A stretch of DNA of 63,175 nt, filler included, from Conidiobolus incongruus B7586 (lineage: Eukaryota): the NCBI GenBank assembly GCA_000697335.1. It is 7 parts of 7 records of this genome, joined end to end, with 100 filler letters (N's around TTAATTAATTAA, not from the genome) between each part and the next. Parts side by side here need not be neighbours in the genome. Positions count along the whole stretch, not along the records: positions 42,632 to 47,752 come from JNEM01007021.1; positions 47,853 to 53,365 come from JNEM01007022.1; positions 53,466 to 57,690 come from JNEM01007026.1; 4 more parts are not named here. One strand, 5' to 3'. The stretch's first letter is position 1; every line of letters begins with the position of its first letter. Positions 42,643 through 53,966 of the stretch are shown piece by piece. The translations under genes were made by a program, and so were the position numbers. The notes under the pieces were generated by a model. The model saw only the letters and a list, made by a program, of their open reading frames with translations, was not told the DNA's origin and did not search any database.

Positions 42643-43103
42643 AATCCCTGGTGGAATCGCCACGAATGTCGGGTGTTAACACTGACAACAATGGGCTTTA
42701 CGAGCTTAAACGGGGAATCGCCAGTGGTAAACGATAAATTACCACGTAATTAAGGGAAATTATTGGGGTTCACCAAAGTAGGTGAAAATGACTTGTTACG
42801 AATTGGGTTCTTTGAATAAAGTAAATATCTCACGCTCGTCACGACTCAACACTTTTGTGAGGGCTACGAGAAAAACTTAGAGACGGTATACTTTTGAAAA
42901 TGAAGATAGAAGATGTGTTTATTAGTTTGCTTGTGATAATCTTATATTAGGTTCCATTGTTGATTTTTGTGGACATGAATGACTTACGGGCAGAAAGTAA
43001 TAGGATCAACTAGTTCATGGGGTGTGATATCTCCAATGTGACTTCTCAAATCCTGTGGTAATCGGAGTTTCTTGAGTAATTGACAGGATTATTCTCCATC
43101 ACA
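42643..43103 (-). mobile_element. 5' LTR (42667-43103) plus tRNA primer-binding site of a second LTR retrotransposon family; body lost in gap
   Basis: Minus strand TGTGATGG...CCCGACA, then TTCG, then TGGCGATTCCACCAGGGATT, complementary to a tRNA-like 3' end (...TCGCCA). Homologous to 15643-16074. CpG-rich, so little mutated. Confidence 0.65.
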
Positions 43104-44399
43104 ATATACAATAATATTAAAATTTTAAACACAGAATATTTATAAATATTATCATTGAGCAAATAGTTTTAACAAGTTTTCATATTATATTATTAAATTT
43201 TTATATAAATTGATAATTTTATATAATATAATACTTTTACAATTTTAAAATTATTTAAGCAGTTGTATAAGATAAAAATAAATATTATACAATCAAACAT
43301 AAACATATACTACAGTAACCTTAAAACTTTTATACAGAAGTATACATTCAATCATCAAACATTTTTAATATTAACTTTATGTAAAATTATATTAAAAGTT
43401 TCAAATTTTAATATTTTATGAATATCATTTTTAACTATTATTATAAAATTTTTTTAAAAAAAAAATATTTTTAATTAGAGGTTAAAAATAATTCGTATTA
43501 ACTTTTCAGGAAGGTGAACACAAAATTCAACTAAATTGGCAAAGAATTCTATTATTATAGTTTTTTGTTATATTTTTGAAATAATTAAATATTCATAATA
43601 TCAATAACAATTTGAATGGGATAATTAGTAGTAAAAACAAAACACTATATTTTTAAATTTAAAAGTATACATTTTATAAAAGATTAAATTCGTCTTGATT
43701 TAATATTTCAACCATATAATGTACCACTTGGATTACATAACAGAGTAAAATCTATCAAATATGATAATATAAACAAGTCAATTAATTATAAGTATTATAC
43801 CAGTTAAAAATACATTAAAAATTATTAAACTTAAAATAATCTATTCAATATTAGCCAAAATAATGAAAAATATATATTTTTAATAAATAAAAAACACAGT
43901 TAAATTTGAATTTGTAACAGGCCGATTAATAATCATAAAATTAATCCCAATAAATTGGTGTGTTACCCGATATCAGCTTTTTTGTGTATTTTAGAATGCA
44001 ACAAAATACAAGACGTAATACTTTAAGCGCTTCGCCAAGTACAATTTTTTTGATGAATTTAAGAACCAAGAAAAAATGAGAATTTTAGTTCATTTGAATT
44101 TTACCCATGGATGAGATAATTTACAAAGCTAATAAAAAAACCATAGGAGGAGGATTAAAACAAGGGAATGGAATTTCGCTTAATGGAGTAGTTTTTATTA
44201 GAATGATTTAATTGACTTGATAGATATTTTGAGATATTGATATGTATTGATTTATGTGGAGCTAATTAAATATTATAATGATAATTTACAGAGGAATGGG
44301 TAACAATTGAAGGAAAAATATTTAAAACGAATGAAGAGTATTGTTGATGGATGCAAAAGGAATGAAGTATTAAATAGATAAATAAATTAATTGCGAATA

Positions 44400-45497
44400 T
44401 TACTCCATCACTCCAATGTCTGAAGGCATTTCCAGTTTGCGTCTTTTCCAATCTACATTGTCATAGAGATTATGGTATTCAGAGCGATTTGAATGGATAA
44501 CTTCGCGACGACTAATCTGAGGTAATGATTTATAGGTATCACAGGGTTTGCGATAATCTTTGATATATATGATAAAGTGGCCTTTGGGCGGAATCCTCAA
44601 AGGTTTAGGGAAGCATAGAAAGAAAGCGTCCTCCCACTCCTGTAATTTTAATCTCATAAACCAACATTTTTTATCTTCAACTGTGTAAAATTTAACAATC
44701 TCACCGAATTGACTGGCCCATCGTCTGAATTCAGTTTCAAGCAAATCAAATTTGGTGAATTCGGTAGTATTGATATCAAAGTTGAAATCGACAATATTAT
44801 CTAAAATGCTGTATGTTCGAACCACTTTGAGTTTCATATTTTTAAATTCTATCTCTCCAGACTCAATATAGCTGGTATATATATCCAAATCATGAAAATA
44901 AATGATAAAATAGGTATCTGATTGAGTGCTCATATGAATAGTACAATGGCCATTGACATATCTGCCAAGTTCCTTAGCAAATTGTGAAATGGTTCTGAAT
45001 GATTTACCAAATATTTCAGGCTTAGGACATGGAATAGCTATAGAGAGTTCATGATATGCGCGATATAAAGGTTCGGAATAAAAATTGGATTTTTTAGGTA
45101 TTGAACTGGGAACAATAGAAGGGATTTTACTTTGACCCTTTAATTTTTTCTTAGTGCCCTTTCCTTTACGGCCACCTCTCCAACCTCCCTTTTGGAGTTT
45201 TGAAGGCTCTTCAACAGGTGAAAAAGGTTGAAATGTAGCTGAATGTAATTTCTCTGAAGAAACTAAAGCTGTGTCCGATTCATTTGTAGAAAATGAATTT
45301 AAATGCAGATCAAGTGAGTCGACATGACTTTCAAGTACTAACTCATCAGTTGAACAACCTAAGTAACATAAAAGATAAAATTTAGTTTCATTTTGAAAAT
45401 CGAATTTAAGAGAAAAAAAATACTTACTTGAAAGGTTAGGACTGAAATTAGGTACTTGGTTAATTGACACGGTTGGGGTATTAGAATTTTTACGCAT
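44400..45497 (-). CDS. Uncharacterised protein (~342 aa if spliced); disordered/basic N-terminus, C-terminal half resembles LINE ORF1 RRM-like region
   Basis: Open 365-codon ORF with a probable in-frame 69-nt intron 45359-45427 (GTAAGT...TTAG). Contains KGGWRGGRKGKG and FRRWASQFGEIVKF. TATAAATA lies at 45683-45690 on the same strand. Confidence 0.75.
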   Translation of the reverse strand: MRKNSNTPTVSINQVPNFSPNLSSKYFFSLKFDFQNETKFYLLCYLGCSTDELVLESHVDSLDLHLNSFSTNESDTALVSSEKLHSATFQPFSPVEEPSKLQKGGWRGGRKGKGTKKKLKGQSKIPSIVPSSIPKKSNFYSEPLYRAYHELSIAIPCPKPEIFGKSFRTISQFAKELGRYVNGHCTIHMSTQSDTYFIIYFHDLDIYTSYIESGEIEFKNMKLKVVRTYSILDNIVDFNFDINTTEFTKFDLLETEFRRWASQFGEIVKFYTVEDKKCWFMRLKLQEWEDAFFLCFPKPLRIPPKGHFIIYIKDYRKPCDTYKSLPQISRREVIHSNRSEYHNLYDNVDWKRRKLEMPSDIGVME

Positions 45498-47050
45498 ATT
45501 ATCAATGAAAATCTTGATTAATAATACAAAGAAAGAAAAGTAAAAATCACCAATAAACTGAGAATTAATTATAAATGTATAGTTTTTAAACTTAATGAAA
45601 GAAATAATTGATGATTTATTTGAGATATATTTGTAAATACTCTGTGAAAGTATGAAATTATAAAATCAAATGGGATTAATCCTATTTATACCTCTAGCCA
45701 ATCGACATATCTATATTCTCAGATTAGTTTCAAAAATTGATAGTAAACCAGTTTAACTAAATGCTGCTATGTGACTGATTTCATTATGATCACCTCTTAA
45801 TTTGACATCAATAATATTTAAGTGGTTTTGGTTGAGTTGTTGAATTCAGAAAATAATGTTGAATGAATTCTTTGCAAAGTATACCAATGCAGATTTCAGC
45901 GAAGACAAAACAACACTAAACCAAACTTCACAATTCCCATGTTCAGTCTAAATATTTTCAAATCCATCTCCTATCTCATTTCTCCGTACAGAAGTTTAAC
46001 TGTATTCAATGAAATGGAATATGATTAAGGGGTGTCTTCATAAAAGCTTAAAATCGGAAATTTTTTAATCTTTGAATTATGCCAATATCAATTTGTTCAA
46101 AATGTAACAAAATGAATCACTTGGACTACTTTTAATTGGATCCCTTTTTAAGATTTGGAAACACTACTACAAGATCCAAAGGAATCATCCGTGAAATAAG
46201 GTAGGATCACCATAAATAAAATAATATCTAATATATTTAATTGGCTATTTATTATCATTTATATCATGTTATTTATTTTACTTTGTTTTATAAAATTTAT
46301 AAATTAATAAGACAATCATTTTCCAATTATTGATTATTAAATACAGAGAAACTTAATGAAAGTATATTTTTAAAAGAAATTGATATAATCAAACTTGAGT
46401 AGTTTTTAAATATAATATTGTTGAATATATGAATATTAAATTATAGTGGTATAATTTAACATCTATTGAATCTCATGAAATTAAACTGAAAGATTTAAAG
46501 CGGAAATTAAGTATTGATACATATATATTACTTATTAATTAACATATTGTATATATTTATAGCCATTCATAATGAATCATTGATAGGATTGGTATTAAAA
46601 ATATACTAAATAAGCTGTCATAGTAATTGGTCATATTTTTCTAAAACTACTAGAAATATAGATATTATATAAACTCAAAAGTAAACCTTTTCATGTACAT
46701 TTTTATAAGATTATATCTTATATATATGGTATTTGGATAAAAACCGCTTACTAACTCAAAATATATTTCATAATAAAATCATTGTAGTGATAAATTTTAT
46801 TAAAAATTATAAACTATATGTAAATCACTTATTATTCAAATATATTGAGGTGAAAAGGACTAGACTTTCAACGAGAAAGATGATAGTAAAATAATGATTA
46901 GATTAAAAAAATCTTAACGTTGCTAATGAACTATCAAAGTATCTCAAAATAAACTATGTATATTATATATAATTTTTATCTAGTAATGTTTATTAAATGT
47001 TTATTTCCTGAAAAGTTAATTATTTTAAAGTTATTTAATTTGTTAAAATA

Positions 47051-48316
47051 TTAGTGCAGAAATTAAGTAATGGCACAATTTTAAAATTAAAATTAAACAA
47101 ATAAATTAATAAATAATATATAAAAATTAATGAATAATATAAAATTAATAGCCTCCTTTATTATTAATAACTCTTTTCTATACCTTTGGTAAGCTTCTAA
47201 TACCTAAAAAACAGTTCTTTTTATTAAGGACTGAAATTTGATGTTTCACAAACCAATTTAATTTGTTTGCAGGAATTTTTTTTCCTGCAAGCTATTTTTT
47301 TAATTGTCTAAAACAATTATAATCACATGGATTATAATCAGGTGAATATACTAGATGTGGTAACTCCCTCCATTTTTTTTTATATAAAAAATCTTTTACA
47401 GCTTTAGCTTTATGTATTTTGCAATTATCATGCAAAATAATAGGTGTCTTTAATTTATATTGAGAACACCATTTAGAAATTGTTTTATTTAAAAAAGTAA
47501 TATATAACTTACTATTAATTAATTTTCCTTGAGGTATTAAATAAGAAGACTATATACCATTATAATCCATTACAACAATTAACATTTGCTTATATTCAAA
47601 GTGCTTATTCATTGGAATTTGTGGAGGGGATTAATTTGGCTTAACCTAACATCTTGTTTTATTTTTAGGTAAAGGATTATATAAAGGAATCCAAGATTCA
47701 TCAATTGTAAGTATTCACTGTAAAAACCTTTGTTTTTGGTTATACCTTAATANNNNNNNNNNNNNNNNNNNNNNNNNNNNNNNNNNNNNNNNNNNNTTAA
47801 TTAATTAANNNNNNNNNNNNNNNNNNNNNNNNNNNNNNNNNNNNNNNNNNNNTGCAGAAATAAAAGGGTATTTCTTAATATATTTTTTTACTTTATTGGT
47901 AAGTGAAAGAGTGACAGTAGAAATTAGTCTTCTAGATTTTGGTAAATTTTGAATAGTGTCCCTTCCAGCTTTAAAATCACAAATCCAGTGATATATGGTA
48001 GTTTTAGATAAAGCACCATCTCCATAAGCTGTTTACAAGTTTTGGATGATTTTAGAGGGTTTATGGTTAAGTTTTAAAGATACAAAAATAAAAGCCTTTT
48101 GATAATCACAATCTGGTTTAAGCATGATTAAATTTAAGTGTAAATTTTAAAATCAAAATATTTTAATAAAAATAATAATTAAAATTGAATATATATATAT
48201 AGTTTGAAAATATTTATTTTCCTATATATTTTATATATATATAATCTTTCAAAACGTATAATATGTTTGAAAGATCAGAAATTAAAAAATTTGCCATTTC
48301 TTAATTTCCATACTAA
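47051..48316 (-). mobile_element. Mariner subfamily A, both ends present (gap inside), among the least mutated copies
   Basis: TIRs TTAGTGCAGAAATTAAGTAATGGC and TTAGTATGGAAATTAAGAAATGGC, both flanked by TA. Transposase from ATG 48125: AYGDGALSKTTIYHWICDFKAGR (HTH), LTIDESW, IILHDNCKIH, YSPDYNPCDY. Confidence 0.92.
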
Positions 48317-51300
48317 TAATTTAAATTTTTAAATTATTCTTAAGAAAATAAAAATCATATTAAAATACTTCAAATATATGTTAGATGAATAAATGACTGT
48401 GGAAATATAATGGAATTATGATTACTGATATATACTCTATATTATTTTTAAATTATTTTCCATAAGGCAACTATCATCCCATACTCTAATTGTTAGCTCA
48501 GAATACTATAATTTGAAAAATAATTTAAAAAATATTAATGATATTTAAATAATCATTTACAGTCTAATAGATAATTTAAAATTTTTAATCTGTTTATCTT
48601 TGAATATAATATATTTACTGATTTTTCTGATTATGTTCACAAGGTTACCCTAATTATTAATTATAATAAATCTATCAAGGTTTCAAAATATTTCTTTTTA
48701 TAGAATATTCTCTAATATTCGAAATATCCAATTTTAAAGTAATCCAAACTTTAAAAATCACTTCATTGAAGATATATTCACCACATTCATGTTAAACTTT
48801 AGCTTTGAAAATTTATTATTAAAATTTCATTCTACTTTTGTTGAAAGTTAATTAGTATTCATTAGCTTCCATTTATAATTTATCCAAATTAATTTAAGTT
48901 ATTCAACCTAAAAAAATCTTTTTCATAACTGATTCAAATATATTTATGGAATAAATACTATTAGATAACTCGTAAATGCGATAATGATATTATATATTGT
49001 ATATTACTCTCTATAAAATATTATAAAACAATGAAAGCATTACATATTTTGTATAATAGTATTTTGTAAAATTTCAATTTTTGAATATATTATTAAATAC
49101 AAGTCTGAAAAATGTTATAATAATTTCTTAAAAGAACTGTCCAGATAAAGTAAATCATAAAAAATTATTATTAATGGAATGATATATTATATTTATTAAT
49201 GTTGAATATTATATAATTTTAATTTTTTTTGAATAAAATGCTACAAATTTGTTATCTTGATTTTAATCTATTAATTACATTTATTCTATTTGTTCTAGTA
49301 AAGTTTTTTTTAATATCATTGAGTTGGAGCTAAAAATTTGGTAGCTTAGCTAATACTGTTTCATAAAGAATTTATATAAATTATAAATATTTATAATAAA
49401 TATTAAAAATCAAAATTTTTAACCTTACTCTTCATATCACAATTGTTTCACTTGATGGATAAATTAATCAAATTTTATTATAATAACTTTAGAATTGCAA
49501 ATTTGGTAAATATAAATACGTAATAGTGACTTAAAATTTAATCTCAATGATAGTAGCTTACTTGATCATCTCAACTTTGATGATCAGTCAAAGCTATATA
49601 CGTGGCAGTTGTTCTATTATTTTAGCTTTTATATATAAGATAAATGGATAGACCTAAATTTTTTAATGATAGCTTGATTCATTTTTGCTGGTTAGAATTT
49701 ATTATTTATTTTATTAGTTTACAAACAACTATAGTAACATCTAATTTTGAATCTTATGCTAATCTATATTTAATAAAGATTCTTTATTAAATATTATTCA
49801 AAATTGAATATAGTGTATTCTTAATATTTTATGGTATATTGATAAAGCAATATATACTTTTATCCATTCGTTTTAACGTTATCTTTCTACTTAATTAATT
49901 TCAGCATAAATACATATTAAATATTTCATTAGATGTAAACAAATGAATGTAAAAAGCTTAAAGTACAATTTTGCAAATTTATCGTAATTTATTTAAACTA
50001 AATTTTTTAAAAAATTATTAAATTATTGGCTTATATTTTTACAATTAATCAAAAACTGATGATTTTATTGCACTAAACTGCGGTATAAGATTATATTGAA
50101 CATAATCAATATTTTGGGTAAATTACAGGTTATTGAATATACTAATTTTTACTATGCTAATTATAAACATCTTAATTGCATTATCAATAAAATAAACGGA
50201 ATAATATCTTGATATAATATTAAGGTTACTAAAAAAATTATTTTTTCAAAGTATAAAAATTCCCAGTTATGGATTTTTTTTCAATCTATCTATTAAATCA
50301 ATTTTGTTTTCATTGACGATTGTGAGAAATTGGTGATAATAAAGACTAAAATCTTATTTATAGAAATGATGGATTTACACTAACCTATTAATCTCAACTT
50401 ATATATCAGATTTATATATTATTCGGAAACACGTTTTATATTGATAATATAATTGAAAGTACCAGTATCAAACTCAATTTCAATCTATACTTAATGATCA
50501 ATTGATAACTTGAAATGGTTAATGTGGATTATGATTTTTATACTTCACACATACTCAGTGTAATATATAATTAAAGATTTGCATTGAAATTATTTTTTAT
50601 ATATTTGTCTATCACTTTTAATGATAGAATAGGGAATAATGACTTTATATCCTCTAATTTGAAAAATAAAATTTGGTTGATGATACCAATTTTTCTTTAA
50701 TAGATATCTCTAAAGTATTCAAATTAGATAATATTTCATTGCAGATTTATCAGTCAATTATTGGTCTTCATTTTTAAATCTTAATTTATATTATAAGTAT
50801 TATCAATAATATAATTTTATTAACTTGATATTCACTATTAATAGATGATCTTATCAAATAAACTCGAATTAATCAAATTATGATTAGAAATTATCACACA
50901 TTATATATTCAAGACGGTGAAATATTCAATAAATAGCTCTTGTATTGGCCTATTTCTATCAATTGAGGCATCGCTAATATAAAAATATCTAACGTTATTG
51001 ATTAGTAATTAAAATTAAATAAAGCTAAATGAATGTTTTTCTTATTCTAAATAGAAAAATATTTATCACCATTAAAATATTTTTTAGATATATATTATAT
51101 TAAAAACTGTATAAAAAATTTTTATCCCACAAATCATATCACCTTTTAACCTCAAATTTGATCAAATTTTCATTGAATTTTAGATACATATTTTATAATT
51201 TAATTATATATGAATCAAACTTTAAGTAAATACTGAAGCATATAAATAAATAATGTATAATTGTAAAGTTTAAACATTACAAATAGTGATAGCTATATTT

Positions 51301-51968
51301 GATTTTAAGTTTCAATATTCATAATAATACCCTAATAGATTATTATCAAATTTTTCAGAACTAAATTATTGATTCATAATATTGTATTATATTTAATATT
51401 ATTTTTCTTCATTTATATAAATGATATAATCCTTTTCTATTTTAGATTTAGAACTGAAAATATATCAAGTGAATTATATGCACAACGTTTATTGAATATA
51501 TATTTATTTGAACCAGACTTTTCATAATTATTGAATATATATATTATATTAAAGGTTTTTGTATATATGAGTCATAAAATTAGACTTGTTTTTGTTACTA
51601 GATGATGCTTGAATAAATGCATCTAATATTTTAGGTTGCATTTTCTATAATATAAATATAGACTCTTTATTTTGTGACAATAAAGATAACTATCGGAGTT
51701 TTACGCTTCTTTATAATACTGTCATAATCAAACCTTGACATTTCACTTTATCTGAAAGAAAAAATGACTTCCACCAACGCTAATTCCATTATCAATTTAA
51801 ACCATCATGAAGCCCTCGAAACTGTAAACTACAGAGTTTTACAACAAGAGGAAAATAAGCTACTTTCAATAAATAATTTTTTTAAATTTCAAATACAAAA
51901 CCAGTTTTTTTAAAATCATTCAAAGGTTTTAGCTATATTATATGAATAAAAATTGATATATAAAATTA

Positions 51969-52869
51969 TTACCTTGAATTTGAAATAATGAGAAATTTTT
52001 TAATTTCTGATTTTTCAAACATATTATTAGTTTGAAATAAATAAATATATACAAAGTTAATAGGAAATTATATATTTTTAATATATATATATATTAGTTT
52101 TTTTGATTAAAAAATTAACTTTTTAAAATTGGTTGTTAAATTTAATCATACTTAAACTAAATAGTGATCATCAAAAGTTTTTTATTTTAGTATTAGTAAA
52201 ACTTAACTATAAACCCTTTAAAATTATTTAAAATTTATAAGCAGCTTTTGGTAATTAAATATTATTTAAATCAACAATTTATTGCTAGGTAAATTACTTT
52301 AAAGCTAAAAAAAAACTATTTAAAACTTGTTAAAATCTAAAAAACTAACTTTAACTGTTATTTTTTTAATTGTAAATAGAGTGAAAAAATATATTAAAAA
52401 GTACCTTTTTATTTTAGTTAAAGAATTATCTAAGTACTTTAATATTAGTTTTACAAGTATTTTATATATTTTAAAGTTTAAACTAAAATTAATAAATAAA
52501 AATGTAAAATAAATACCTTATAATTTAAATAAAGCTTAAAAAAAACTAGAGTAGCTATTGTTAAATAAAACCTATTGAAATATTACTAGAAGCTTAAACT
52601 CTTATAGCAAATAATTATAATTAATGAATCTTAAATCTTTATATATAATCCTTTACTAAAACACAAATCAAAATGCTAGATTAAGTTAAATCAACCCCCT
52701 CCACAAATCTTTTTAAATAAACACTTTGTTAATAAGTGAATGTTAATTATTATAATAGATTATAATAGTATATACTATTCTTATTTAGTTCTTGAAGGAA
52801 AATCAATTAATAATAAACTATATATTGTTTTTTTAAATAAAAGTATTTTTAATTAATGTTCTCAATATA
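51969..52869 (+). mobile_element. Mariner subfamily B, 5' ~900 bp, interrupted at a TA by another copy
   Basis: Starts TA|TTACCTTGAATTTGAAATAATGAGAAATT, aligns with 1-549, and stops abruptly at ctcaataTA. Confidence 0.9.
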
Positions 52870-53365
52870 TTACTTTGTAATTTAAATAATGGGAATTTTT
52901 TGCAATTGAAAAAAAATAAACATTTTAATATATACAAAGTAAAAATAAATATATAATATAAAATTAATAATTTCCTTTATTTCTAATAACTTTTTGCCAT
53001 ACTTTTAGCAAAGATCTAACACCTAAAAAACAGTTCTTTTTATTAAGGACTGAAATTTGATGTTTCACAAACCAATTAAATTTTCCTGCAGAAATTTTCT
53101 TTCCTGCAAGCTGGTTTTTTAATTGCCTAAAACAATTATAATCACATGGGTTATAATCTGGGGAATATACTGGATGTGGTAGTTCTTTCCAGTTATTTTT
53201 AATTAGAAAGTTTTTTACAACTTTAGATTTATGTATTTTGCAATTATCATGCAAAATAATAGGTCTTCTCAAATTATATTGAGAATACCAATTAGAAATA
53301 GTTTTATTTAAAAAAGAAATATAAAGTTTACTATTAATAGATTTTCCTTTAGGAACTAAATAAGC
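52870..53365 (-). mobile_element. Mariner subfamily B, 3' part, nested in opposite orientation; catalytic region still open (52964-53272)
   Basis: TIR TTACTTTGTAATTTAAATAATGGGAATT. IILHDNCKIHKS...PHPVYSPDYNPCDY has 34 residues between the second and third Asp (DD34D). Confidence 0.92.
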
Positions 53366-53465
53366 NNNNNNNNNNNNNNNNNNNNNNNNNNNNNNNNNNN
53401 NNNNNNNNNTTAATTAATTAANNNNNNNNNNNNNNNNNNNNNNNNNNNNNNNNNNNNNNNNNNNN

Positions 53466-53966
53466 TTGTATAATTAATATTAAATTACTTTGATAGTTCT
53501 CTAACAGAAATAAAAGGGTATTTCTTAATATATTTTTTTACTCTATTGGTAAGTAAAAGAGTAACAGTAGAAATTAGTCTTTTAGATTTTGGTAAATTTT
53601 AAATAGTGTCCCTTCTAGCTTTAAAATCACAAATCTAGTGATATATGGTAGTTTTAGATAAAGCACCATCTCTATAAGCTGTTTACAAGTTTTAGATGAT
53701 TTTAAAGGGTTTATGGTTAAGTTTTAAAGATACAAAAATAAAAGCCTTTTGATAATCACAATCTGGTTTAAGCATGATTAAATTTAAGTGTAAATTTTAA
53801 AATCAAAATATTTTAATAAAAAAAATAATTAAAATTGAATATATATATATAGTTTGAAAATATTTATTTTCCTATATATTTTATATATATATAATCTTTC
53901 AAAACATATAATATGTTTGAAAGATCAGAAATTAAAAAATTTGCCATTTCTTAATTTCCATACTAA
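53466..53966 (-). mobile_element. Mariner subfamily A, 5' part
   Basis: 53511-53966 matches 47861-48316 apart from 12 substitutions counted by eye. Ends in TIR + TA. Confidence 0.9.

Noticed and set aside
42643..42662. tRNA-like 3' end ...TCGCCA as a tRNA gene
   Set aside because: No cloverleaf visible and CCA is genomically encoded next to an LTR end, so it is better explained as a primer-binding site.
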